Below are positions 8,198 through 20,797 of a stretch of 30,283 nucleotides of DNA, in pieces. Both the position numbers and the translations under genes were made by a program. The stretch spans positions 1 through 30,283 of the forward strand of contig QPMI01000223.1 in assembly GCA_004431415.1 (NCBI GenBank), in the 5' to 3' direction. This stretch comes from Cyanophora paradoxa CCMP329. Lineage: Eukaryota > Plantae > Glaucophyta. The notes under the pieces are model-generated. The model was given only the letters and a program-made list of their open reading frames with translations. It had not been told where the DNA came from and ran no database searches. How positions within the stretch are numbered: position 1 is the first letter of the stretch; every line of letters starts with the position of its first letter.

Positions 8198-10700
8198 ATG
8201 AGCTCGAGCATGAAAGACGATCGCGAAAGCCGCGCACCGCCTCAGCTTCTCCGGCCGCGGCCCAACGTCAACGTTGGAGCTGATCACGATGTAGAGAAGC
8301 CTCACAGTTTCTCTCACGCAGTCGATCCGGACTTGCCCCCTGTTCGCGTCCTCGCCATCGGTGCGCATTTAATTTCGTCCCAATTTGCAAGGCGCGCGCG
8401 CGCGCCGCGGCACCGGATCTTGACCGCTCCTCCGGATCCTGCAGATGGCGGCGGAGGTGAATTCTAACTAAGAATATGAATATGCTTGCGGCACCGATGC
8501 CATGATCGCGATCGCGAATCTTGAATTAATATATATTGAAGCCCGCGCTGATCATCGGATGCCGCGCGCATACGCGTGTCGTCGTGCGCAGCCAAGGGAA
8601 TTGTTCCGGCGAAGCTCATCGAGTGCGCTGTTCGGATCCGCGGCCGCGTGCATGCGCGCGTGCCTTCTAAGGGCTGCACGCCGTGCGCAGGTACATCTCC
8701 GCGAGGGCGGGGCGGGTGCGCACCGCGCAGGCGGCGGCCAGGGTATTTTTGAGCGCCTCAGGGCGCCTGACGCCGGGCGCTTGTGCTCCACATGCGCAGC
8801 CGATCCATGAGCTGTTCGACGTCGTCGCTGGTGCGCTGAGCCGTGCAGTGGATCAGACACTCGCTGATATACATAATATTTATGGAAACGGCTAATATTA
8901 ATATGCGTACTACTACGGTATGGCGTGTCGGATCGCAGGCACGAGCGCCGGAGCACTGGTTGCCATGGCAACGTTCGGTCTCCGCGACGGAAAGCCCATT
9001 GTGCCTGCAGAGAATTTGGTCCGACGTGCCCCTAATATAAGCCTCCTACATGCCGTCAACGCTTTCCCTCCCATGCGCCAGATCTCTGAGCGCAGCTGTG
9101 CTCCCGCGCGCAGGTCGCCACACTGATCGAGCGATGGATTGAGGTCTTCCCAAGCTACTCGGCCCCCGTCGCCCTCTTTCGAGCCCTCCGCGGCCCCATT
9201 TTCAGCGACGTAGGCACTACCCCTTGGAGCTCCGTTCTCCCCTCCTGGACCTCGCCTGAGACCCGCGCCTGCAGCAAGCGGCCCGCGAGGTTTTCAAAGA
9301 ATTCACTGGAGACGGTCGCCTTGCCGACACCGGCGCCTTCCTTGTCGTACGTGCCTCTAGATCGAGCCCTCGCTTGCTTAAGCTTGTGCCCTTAAGCTTG
9401 GTCCTGACGCCTTGCCCCCTTTTCGCCAGGTCCCGACGTACGACATTGAGGAGAGATGCCCCGTCTACTTCTCCACAGTGTGCCGCGCCCCTGGCCGAGG
9501 CTTCTCTTTTCTCGCAGCTCCAGCCCGACGCCCGCACAGGCCCAGGCGCTTGCCGATCCCGACGCTCACAATCTGCTGCTCCGCGACGTCCTCCGCGTGC
9601 GACGGCAATCCCGGCCCCCATGGCCACCATAAAGCGTGCGCTTCGCAAGGTAACGTTCGATCGCGAGCAGGCGGCGGTGGCGGCGCCCGCCATCCTCGCG
9701 CCCGTCCGCCTCCACTGCCCCGGCATCTACGCGCACAAGGACTACAGCACTTTCGTCGACGGCTGGTGCGCGCGCGGTGACCCGAGCACAGATATCGATA
9801 GGCCTGACACTGTGAGCTCGATTGCAAGTCTTGCATCAAACAACCCGGCACTCATCGCTCACGCCGAAGCCTCTCGCCTGTTCCCTGGTACCCGAGGCGC
9901 AATTCACCTCCCGCGTCGCCGTATTTCCTGATCCGCTTATGCCCGCAGGGCGAAAGATCCTCATGGTGTCACTGGGCACTGGCTCGGCCGACGTGCCTAT
10001 GAAGTGCGACATATTGCATTATCGCCGGCTTTGCGCTGCGACATCCACATATGCGTGTTACCTGACGCAACACCCACTGGGCCAGCTCCTCGGCGGCAAG
10101 CAAGTGGAACGCGCTTAAGTGAGCTCTTTTGTGCATCCTGTTAGGGAAAATTTGAGCTTAGAATTTCTCGCAGGTGGCTTCTCCCCGCCATTAGCTGCAT
10201 ACTGGACGGTGTGCTGCATCAAATTAAACGATACCACCTCCTACTATTTTCTAGATTCCCAAGTTCACTAGGCACGTCGCATCTGCAGGCACCGGCGACT
10301 GCGCGACGGACATGGCCAGTCGCCCGCCCGATCGCGAGCTCGCCCCGAGCTTCTAACGCGCCTGCAGGCCGAGAGCCTCTTGGGGGAAGACTTCATCCGC
10401 CTCTCCCCCCGCCTCCCGCCCGGCCTGGACAACGTGGCGAACGCGCGCCCCGAGCAGCTGCGCGCGCTCTGCCGCACCGTCGAGAAGCAGGTCCTCGGGA
10501 ACGATATCGATCACGCGCAGAGTCGAGGGAACTGATCATGACATCGTTCGACCGCAGCTGCTGCGGGGCGAGCCAAAGCGCCAGCTGGACGAAATCATTG
10601 AGCGTCTCGTGGCGGCGGCCGACCACCCGCGAGCTGTCGCTCGCCCATCCACTGCCCTTCTACCACCGGTGCTTGGAGCTCCTTCGCGCATTCTGGACGG
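8198..10700 (+). CDS. Patatin-like phospholipase (multi-exon; 3' end approximate)
   Basis: Spliced motifs: VRVLAI|DGGG|AKGIVPAKLIE (8343-8360, micro-exon 8445-8456, then 8592 onward), PIHELFDVVA|GTSAGALVA (GxSxG nucleophile, ~8800-8960), VPTYDIEERCPVYF, FVDG (~9752-9762), NNPALIAHAEASRLFP and KILMVSLGTG. Confidence 0.9.
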
Positions 10701-11259
10701 AGTGGGGAGTTTCTAGCTTGAACGTTAATTATATATAACGTACTCTTGATCACGCAGGACTTTGTTGTTCTGCCAAAGCAGCCCGGTGTGGGGTCGAAGC
10801 CGGCTGAGGTGACTGCACTCTAGATCTAGATCTCGTATTAAATTACAATATACCCGCCCGTTCACGTGACATCTGCGGGTCGTAATTAGGTGCTGTCTGA
10901 CATCGAAACATTCGGCACCTGCACCATCACATTCGGTGCGGAATATTTGTCTAGATCGCTTTCTTTCGGACAAAGAGCGCAATCGATATCCTGATATTGG
11001 TTATATGGATACCTTATTAAAAATAGCTAACGATTCAGGATGTTTCATCTTGTCTGTTCATTATAACTAGGGGCTTACTATTCCGTGTGAAGTACTTGAT
11101 ACTTTGTTCGGGTATACAGAAGAGATTTATGATCACATGCGCATGCGTATGCACGACAAGGATCCCAATAGCTTCAGAATGCGCAATCCTAAATTCTTTT
11201 GAATATATATGTAAGACTTAAGACTTCTACGTATACTTTGTTACTCGCGAGACCGCGAC

Positions 11260-13031
11260 ATGGAAATCTCTGGTGATGATTCGATGCCCGCGCATGCGCA
11301 GAGGGCGTGAGCTTCTCGGTCAGAGATGCCCCGTCGCAGCGGAAGGCGCAGCGGCAGGCGCTAGCTATAGACGCTGCAGAGACGACGCGCAAGGCGGGTG
11401 CCGGTTCCAGGATGGCGAGGTGCGCCGACGACTCCGATCCGTTCCCAGATACACGCCGCTGGGTGCGCGTGTCGGGGAGCTTACAATTATAGTAGTACCG
11501 TGAGCAGGACTATCAGTGCGAGTACTGGCATCAATATCGGCAAGCGATTACGTTGGCGCCACGTTCTCGCCCCCATTTCGGGTGAAATACGCGTGAGTGC
11601 AGCGTCATCCTTGTTGATAATGCTTTCAGCTTCACCTGTCGACACGCATTAATTTGAACGCCTGTACATGCCCGCGAACAGCCCGGTACCATGACCTGTA
11701 TCCTCGGGCCGGCCTTCTCCGGCAAGGTCGGCATTTTGGTTTCGTACACCATGGCATATGCATGAATATCGACGTCTCTTCGAGGTCAAATTCGAAGTTC
11801 ACTGTTACGTAAACGCAGAGCGCGTTGCTTCGGATTCTTGCGAACCGCTGCGGAGAGCTCAGGCAGGCCGGGCGCGTGGGAGGAAGCGTGAAGCTGAACG
11901 GCGAGCCGGCTCGCAATAATTCCGCCTTCTCAAGGCATGTGGGTTTTCCTCATAATCGAAAACTTCCGTACTGGTGAATATTATTAATCTTAGACGGGCT
12001 TCGTGCACAGGCGGGTCGTACTCGTTCGGCAAGACGACGGGTGCCACTACCGTACGCGTGCTTCCGAGATTCTTGTAATTATAATTAAGCTTCAGCTAGC
12101 GCTCCACATTCTCGATCTGCATTCGTCTACTCTAGATCTGAATTCAACGGTTATTAATATATATGTTTGCAGCCCAGCTAACGGTCAAGGAGGCACTCGT
12201 GTTCGCCGCACGCATGAAGCGGCCCACTAAGGGCGAGCGCGACGCTTCTGATTTGCGGGACGCACACGCAATGAGCCTCACTGCTGGAATGGTCTTGAAT
12301 CTTATTCAGGTGCGCCGGCGCCGGCCGTTTGTTTGGCGTCAGTGCCCTGTCGACGTCGCAAACGCTGCCCGCAGGTGATGGATTCGTTCGTCGGAGACCA
12401 GAACGTGCGCGGCATCTCCGGCGGCGAGCGGCGGCGGCTGACAGTGGCGATCGAGCTCGTGGGGGCGCGTCCCTCCTCGAGCTCGTTGGCGTTGTGAAGA
12501 GGCGTGCAGCTCACGGCCGTCGCAGGGCGGCAAGGGCGTCGTGATGCTCGACCAACCCACCGACGGTGCGCGCGGCCGCCCCGCGCCGGTCCCACGGCTT
12601 CCACTACATTTCTTTGGTGCCTGCCGGTGGCGATGACGTCTCTACAGGTCTGGACGCTGCAGGGTCTCTCGACCTCTGCCGCGCCCTTCGCAGCTTCGCC
12701 GAGTCCGGTGTGGCCGTCGTCTGCTCGCTCCTACAGCCCTCTTGGTGCGACATGCACGGGTGGAAACATTATGACCTGCGCTGCCGGTGCTGACACACAG
12801 CGCCGTGCAGGGACGTCTACAGCCTGTTCGACCAGCTGATCCTCCTCGCCCCCGGCCAGTGCGCCTACCAGGCGCGCCCGTTCTCCAATCCGGATCCCCT
12901 CCGCTTTCTTCTCTTCGAGCTCGAGTTCCTTCGCTATTCAACGCCGCGCAGGGCCCAGGCGGCCTCGCCCCCGTCCGCCACTTTGAGGAGCGCGGGATCA
13001 AGAACGTCGACGCCCTCAGCCCGCCCGTGCG

Positions 13032-13064
<33 letters not shown>

Positions 13065-16000
13065 TGCGATAATACACGTTAATCCCTTCTTTACTGATTC
13101 ATGACCCGATTGCCTTCCATTTGAGCACGAACGAACTCAAACGACGGCCGGGCGCAGGATTTCCTCGTCTCGGTTGCGTCGATGCCCCGCAAACAGCTCG
13201 CCGCGTCCCTTTCTCCGAACAGCGCCCCGCGGCCGGTGCGCACACACTCGCCTCGAGCTCTCCGCATGCGCACCGCATGAGTTGCACCCAAAGTTCCCTC
13301 GGCTGCAGGTCAAAGGTTCACCAGGGTCTTCTCTGATATCGATGTCCAACAGCAAGACGCTAAGGTACTGGCGAGCTCGCGTGCCCAACATCTTGCAAGG
13401 GTAAAATTGTAAATTAAAAGTATTGTATTTTCGCAGTCACCGGCTTCCGACAACCTGCACTATTTCGTCTGGGTCAATCAACGTCAATATCGTTCCGGAC
13501 TCGAGATCTGTCCGATTTGCTGATCACAAGCTCGAGGTCAACGTCCCAGAAGCGGTGCTCAACTGTCGCCTCTTCAAAGAAACAAGATCTCGACCAATGA
13601 GACGGATATGTGCTTATAACTATATGTAATTATGTGCCCGCGGCCGGCTGCAGGTCAAGGGCGGACGAGCTCCAGGTGTAGGGACCAAGGATGCGCTCCT
13701 CTCCGACAAGAATGCGCCTGCGGCTGCGAACGCTGCACATGTGCCCACGCGTACGGTCACGGCCAGGTAATCGTGACCATGATCAGTGGACGCCCAATTG
13801 CAATCTTGGATTTTCCCGGCCTCGCTCTCTTATGCAAACCTCGCCGATTTTCAGCAACCAGCTGCAGAGCAGTGAGAGCATCGGTTTTGTTGTCGACGTC
13901 GACGTCGTTCCACGCCCCAGGCGGTTGAGGTGATTTTTTTCAAGTGCTCGAATTGGCCGCTGGAACCGATTGAACGATCGATACGATCGCGCTTTTTGCA
14001 GCCTCCTAGCCGCCTCTGCCATGAACACTCTGGCGTCTGAGACCATCGGCATCGAAGTCGATCCCGAGGCGAGAACCATACGTTCGCCGTAAAGCAAGCC
14101 TAGGCCTTTTCAAAACTCTTTCACGCAGATTGAGCTAGAGCGCCGCTACGCCGCGCACCCCACAAAGCAGGTGCGGCCTCCATGCGGAAAACCTTCCATT
14201 ATATTCATAATTCCAGTCAGTCTTCTATGATTAATTACGCGGTCAGTTCGACATCCTCTACGAGCGTTTCAACAAGCTCCTCTTCCGGAATCGGCGGCCC
14301 CTCATCTCCCGCACCATCCAATCCCTCGTGATAGCCTTCATTCTCGGCACTCTCTTTTGCCAGGCAAATCGCGCTCTGCTCTTTGTTTCTCGCAATTTGA
14401 GCCCCGTCGACGTCGACGTCGCCTCGTGAGCTCGAGTCTGCAGATGCCTGCGACGACCACCGGCGCCATCAACCGCATTTCGTTCCTGCAGGCGCGCACC
14501 GCGGCGCACGCCGACGGCGCCACACGCGCCTGCGGGTTTTGTGTACGCGTACACGTCCGTCGTCGTGTTTAACCCTCTTCGCAGGCGTGCCTCCTCGTGT
14601 ACGCCTTCATGGCTCTCTCAAAGGTCGCGTACACGTAGAACCTTATATATAATTAAATAATTATTTCATCCCGTGCATTCAGAGGCGGTGGCATAACACC
14701 TCGATCACGGCAGATCGACATCAACTATGAGAACCGGCGGGTCATGCACGCGCAGACGCAGGACGGGACGTACCGCCCCGAGCTCGTGCGTTCGAAAGCC
14801 TTCGAATTCCCGCATTCACTTCTATGCCGCAGAACGTCCGGTCCAGTCTGACATTTGTTCTCGCAGTGGATCGTCGCGAATGTTATGTCAGAGCTTCCCA
14901 GACTCTTCGTCGAGGTGCTTCAGCTACAAACAACTTTTGAACGCTACCGCTTAAGCTTGCTGAGGGCGCTGGCGGGCGAGCAGGTCGTGCTCTTCTCGCT
15001 CGTGGCGTACCACGCGGCGGGCCTGCAGGTGGTGGACACGCATCAACGATTCGCTCGCTTCCTCCTCGTCATGTTCGAGGCTCGTTCTGCGAGTTGTAAG
15101 CGGGCTCCTGGGCCCGACTGACGGCCGCGGCCGGGGGCGTGCAGATGTCCTTGATTGCCGACGCGTCCGTCCTGGCGCTGTGCCAGGTCTTCGCCGTCCG
15201 CGAGGTGCCCTAAATCATCATCATGAGCTCCGCTGTCGCTCGTGAAATCGCAATGATATCGATATCAATACTATGCCGCACAGGTCTGCGCCTCGCTGGC
15301 GCCCATCCTGCCCGCCCTCTCGTTCATCTTTGCCGGCTTCCTCGTCCCGCGGACCTCGCTGCCCGCCTGGTGGAAGTGGGCCCGCTACTGCTCCTACTTC
15401 TCGTACCCGCACGAGGCCCTCAGCATCAACGGTGCGTACGGGCGCGAATGCGCACATGCATGAGCACGTGCACGCGGCTATCGGCATTATAATTACCCTT
15501 GCATTTGACTCGATCCACACGGCAGAGCTACGGGACCTGCCGGTCGACGGCCGCCCAAATGGCGGGGCTGTCATTCTCGAAACTTTCGGAATGAACAGTG
15601 ATCCCTCCTGGTACTGGTGCGCCGACCACTTAAATTTCGAATATCGACAGCTATAGTGCAACATGCTATTCTCTTCGTGATTTCTTGCACGCGTGTCGGT
15701 TGCACCAGCGTTTCCCAACATGTATAATAATAACAAAACATTCTACAGGTACAACGTTCTGATCGCGCTTGGCTTCTGGCTAGCGTGGCTCACGGTGGCG
15801 ATGCTCGGCGCGCGATACTTCCGTCCTCGGCGCGCAATTTCTTCTGGAACTGGCGGTTCAACCGCAGAGGCAGATGTACATGTGCAAGCTCCCAATGACA
15901 AGCTTAAGGCCGAAGCGGCCCCGGCACCCGCGCCCGCAGAGCTCGAAATGCGTTGGGAGATGGCAAGTTCCGAACACGGGGAACCAAACGGAAAGCAGAT

Positions 16001-19000
16001 CGCCATGGATCCAGTCCTGGTCGTCTCGGTTGACGTCGTACGCATGGACAGCGAGCGCGAATCCGACAAAAAGGCGCCTGCGCCCGCGCCCGCTGCGGCG
16101 CTCACCTTCCGCAACCTCTGCTACGACGTCCCCGCCGAGAAGGCCGGTGCGCTTCGTCACTCGTCTCGTGTCGGTTTCTGCCCATGCATATATGTAAATC
16201 AAGCTGATAATCACGCACTGTACATTTGCAGGCGACCCGCCGAAACGGCTCCTCAATGAGATCACGGGATACGTGAGGGGCGGCAGCCTCACGGTCCTCA
16301 TGGGCGCGTCGGGGGCGGGGAAGACAACCCTCATCGACGTCCTCGCGGGGCGCAAGACGACGGGGACCGTGACGGGGGAGATCAAGCTGAACGGGCGGCC
16401 GCTGCCCCCCAACGGCGGCTTCGCGCGCGTCTCGTCGTACGTCGAGCAGTTCGACCTCCTCTTCCCCACCATGGTGCAATTGATCGGCGTTTTCCGGTCC
16501 CTCGCGCTCTTGATCGGCCATCCGCAATCGCCCTTTTCGGTGACGTCGACGCTCTGCCGCAGACGGTGCGGGAGGCGGTGGTCCTCTCCGCGATGGTCCG
16601 CCTCGACGCCAGCGTGCCCCGCCGCGAGAAGCTCGACGCCGTGCGCTCGTCCTCTGTTTCGCAACACGAATATAAAAACTACTCACTGTGATTATGCTGT
16701 GATAATTATAATGGCAAATGTTAATGAACTGTGATGATTATACGCGCGATTCGATCAGTTGCCGTCGCCTTCTAATTTCGTGCACGTGACGCCGTCGACG
16801 TCGGCAGGCGGAGTGGGCGCTGCGGGAGCTCGACCTGCAGGCGGCCGGCGGCCTCGTGATCGGGACCCTCGAGAGCGGCGGCATTCCCGTCGAGGTGCGC
16901 CATCTTCCGGCTCCGGATCCCCATCGCGGGTGGCTGAAAATCAAATGATGAATCACACGCCGCGGCAGATGCGGAAGCGGACATGCATTGCGATGGAGCT
17001 CGTTCCTCGCCCCCAGATTCTCTTCTTGGACGAGGTTCACCATTGAGCTTGCAATTGGCCGCTTCGAATTCTTTCTGCCCACAAGGATACTTACGCCGTT
17101 GACGTTGCAGCCAACGACGGGCCTCGACTCCACGGCTGCACTCCGCGTTGGGAAGGCAAGCGCTGATTTTTCGTCCTGACGGCCGATTAATACTGCTTCG
17201 CTTGATATGTTTGCACAGCTGCTGCGCAGCATCGCGAGCGGAGGGCAGGCGACTGTTGCGACCATCCAGTAAGTTGGAAAGCCGAGTGTACGATGGCGAC
17301 TTCAACTGCAGCTGATGTGCCGGGCAGCCAACCGTCGCAGCAGCTGTTCTCCCTTTTCGACTGCCTGATTTTGCTCAAGAGAGGCGGCTTCCCCGTTTAC
17401 TGCGGTTCGCACTTCGTTCATCGCAAAACTCGCCGCATTGCACCCGGTCACCGCCGGAATCCATTCAGGCGAAATTGGCGATCGATGCTCAAAAGTGCTG
17501 GATTTCTTCTCCGAGCTGGGTTTGCTGTCCTCTGTAACTTATCGAACCTGGCAACAACTGCCAATGGGCTGACGGATCTTCGCAGGCTACGATCTTCCAC
17601 CGCTCCGCAACCCGGCAGACTTCGTCATCGAGGTGCGAGCTCGAGAGTGCACGTTTGGAAAAGCGCGATTTCGACGTTATAATCACCTGGGGTGTACGAT
17701 CAGCGATGTAACCGTATACGAATTGCTTGCGCAGACTGCGGCTGGCCGCTCGGCCAAGCGCGCAGCTGGCCAATTTTTGCAAGCCGCCTCGAAGTCAACC
17801 GCGTCCTCAAACCTGTCAACGATGTCGACTGCGGGCGATCCCGCGCCGGTCGCCAATGAGGCGACGGTGCCCTCGCGCTCGCACATGAAGCGCGCTGCTG
17901 ACGAGATTGCGGCTTCCTTCAAGGCACGTCGTCCCAACCGCGCGAAAGCGTTCTATATCTCCGGATCCTTTGAATTTAGTGCTGTTCTAGATCCAGATCT
18001 CTAGATCTGATCCTGACGTCGGGATCCGCAGGCGAGTCCGCTGGCACGGAAGCTCCAGGAGCAGGTTACGGAGCTCGAGGGCACCTGTGCGTTCGATGCC
18101 ATCCCATCGCCTTCATCCGATCAGTCGGCCATATCTGAATGTCTTCCCCGGGCCCAACGCGCTCGCAGTGGCTGCCCAGGAGCCGCCTCGCGTGCCCCAG
18201 CGGCCTGGATTCGGGCGCCAGGTAACCTTGACCTTCCCCGGCGCTCGGGCGCCACCAGTCCCACAGTCGATTCGCGCGTGCAGGTGGCGCTGCTGGTGGG
18301 CCGCAAAGCGCGTTGGCTCTGGCGCGAGCGGCAGCGCTTCTGGGTCAGCGTCTTCAGGTGCGTTCCGAGCCCGCTCTGTCCGATCCATGGCCACGGCCGG
18401 CCCGAGCTCGAGCTCCCCTCTGACCCTCCCCCAGCAATTTGGCCGTCGCCCTGATCGCCGGCACGACCTGGTGCCTGCTTCCCGCAGCTTTCCACATGTA
18501 CAGCGCTAGCTGCCCTGCTGACAGAGGATCCTCTGGCAGGTACCAGCTGGGGGCGGACCAGCCCTCCGCCCGCCTCCGCCTCTCCGCCATGTACTGCATT
18601 ACCCTCTTCTTCTACTTCAGGTCCCGTCGCGCTGCGTACTCGCTCCAGACTCGAGCTCCTTCCCCCAATTCACTCCTCCAATCGATATCTTTTCAGATCG
18701 CTCGGCGACATCACAAGTCATTGCGGGCTGCGAGAGGTCTACTACCGAGAGCGCGCCCAGGGTGCGGCCGCCGAGTGTAACAACCGTGGAAAGGTTTCTG
18801 CGCTGCTCTGACTGCCGCGGCTACACGCAGGCCTCGTCAACCCGCTTGCGCACCAGGTGCCGTCGCCATGCATATGGCCAACTGCAGCACATGCCGCAGT
18901 GCCACGGGCCAGTGGTTCTCGCGCCGGACCTAGGCCTGACCCTAGGCCTTCGCAGGCGTCCAACCTCGTCGTGCTGTCCACGTTTCACGTCATCAACTCA

Positions 19001-19999
19001 ATCGCCTTCATTGCAGTGGCATACCCCCTCTGCGGCTTCCAGACTGACGCGTGCGTACGCGTCCCTTGGCCATGGCGGGGCGACTCTTCAATATCGATGG
19101 CGACTAATACAGTTTTTAAATTTTCGATGTAGCGTCACGAATTCGAAGTTTGATCGCGCGTCTGCCGTCGCGCAGGCGGATGGGGTACGCGGTGCTGCTG
19201 GCGTGCCTCTGGACGCTCGTCAACAGCGCCTTCATCGAGTTCCTCGCCCTCGCCCTCCCGGTCCGCCCTCGCCCCCGCCGCCTCTGCTCGACACTTTTGC
19301 AGAGCGACGCGTGCCGCGCGCCTCGTGGTCAGATCGCGCCGGTGGTCTTCTCGGTCGCCTCCGCCACCCTCGCGTGCGGCGCCTTCTTCTCGGGCTTCAT
19401 GGCGCGTCCCCGGGACCGGCCCCGTTGCTCGCGCTCGCCGGTCGCCCCACATTCGCTGATCCTGCCGTAGATCTCGGGCCCGGACATTCCAAAGGGCTGG
19501 ATATGGTTCTTCTATTTCCTCTGGTTCCGGTGCCACCCCCACTGGCCATGGGCCCACCGCAAGCCCGCGGGTGGACCGTTCCTTCTCATGAAGTACGGAT
19601 CATGTTCAGGTACCCCTTCGAGGGGCTGGCGGTGAACGAGCTCTCGAACATCGTGTTTGCGGGCTGCAGCCCCCAGTGCGCCATCTTCTTTGGATCTTTA
19701 TGTGTCGCTGCTTTCCGGGCCCACTCGCGATCGCACGTGCACCTCACTCCCTCTGCAGGGCGGCGAGGCTCGGGCTCTGCTTTCCGACGGGGGCGTCGAT
19801 TCTGGCGCGCTACGACCTGAATCCCGACCGCCAGGTCAAACGTCTTGATTTCTGGTTCAATTCGTCCTCTCGAGCTTCGAACCGAAACCCGAGCTCTGCA
19901 ACGCAGTGGGCGAACCTGGGGATCCTGGCGGCCTACCTGGTCGCCTTCGAGGCGGGCAAGGCCCTCGCCCTCCACCGCATCAGCCACCTCCGCCGCTGA
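11260..19999 (+). CDS. Full-size ABCG/PDR-type ABC transporter (NBD-TMD-NBD-TMD), dozens of short exons; start approximate
   Basis: NBD1: MTCILGPAFSGK|S, QLTVKEALVFAARMK, VGDQNVRGISGGERRRLTVAIELV, VMLDQPTDG|LD, VVCSLLQP. TMD1 exons at ~14250-15820. NBD2: LTFRNLCYDV, LMGASGAGKTTLIDVLAGRKTTG, YVEQFDL, RKRTCIAMELVPRPQILFLDE|PTTGLDS, TIH|QPSQQLFSLFD. TMD2 ends ...LHRISHLRR with a stop at 19997-19999. Confidence 0.95.
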
Positions 20000-20797
20000 G
20001 CGTAGCGGAAACCGCGGCCCATAAGTTCGATTCTTAACTTGTTGACTCCCTGTACAGCTCTGTAGTTCAGGGGGCATTTTCCTAGCTAATATGTAAATAC
20101 AACGCCTGGCAAGCCCGGAGGAGGATGTCGACGAAATGAAATACCTAGGCCTAGGCCTAGGGTCGCGAAGTCGGGATTTCAGGGATCGGGGCTCCAGCCG
20201 CCGCAGCTGCAGGGTCGAAAGCTGTGGCCATGCCCGGATTATCTAAAGTTCCGGATCCAGCCGCCGCGCATGTTGCAAGCTGCTGCAGGCGGAGATCAAG
20301 ACCCTCAGATGGAGGCGAGCTCGCGATCGCCCTGCCCGCCCCCGCCCCCGCTGCCGGCGCCGGCGCCTGCTTCCCGCGGCCACCTGAGCTGCAGCTGCCG
20401 TCCGACGGTCGCCCGCATGCGCAGCGTAAGGTGCCTCCGCTAGGCCAGCGTTAACTGCCCCGGGCCCGTACTCGTCCGATGCGGGGCAACGCGTACGCGA
20501 GCCGATGGCATCCTCCTTGCACGGCCCTTGGAGCTCGAGCTAACTGACGCCTACGCCTACGCCCCCTGCCCGGCCCCGGGCCCGCGAACTTAAAAGCCAC
20601 CCGCTCGATCGCGAGGGGCCTCAAGCCCCTCCTTTGCGCAAGCACCCGATCTCGAGCTCTACTTCTGTCAGATCAAAAAATATACATGTGCGAACGAATA
20701 ACCAAGCGCAATCCCATAGGTAGTCTGACGGTCCAACCGTCGCCAGCACGCCTCGGGGCCAGCGTGTACATGTACCATATACGTATACGTCGTATGC

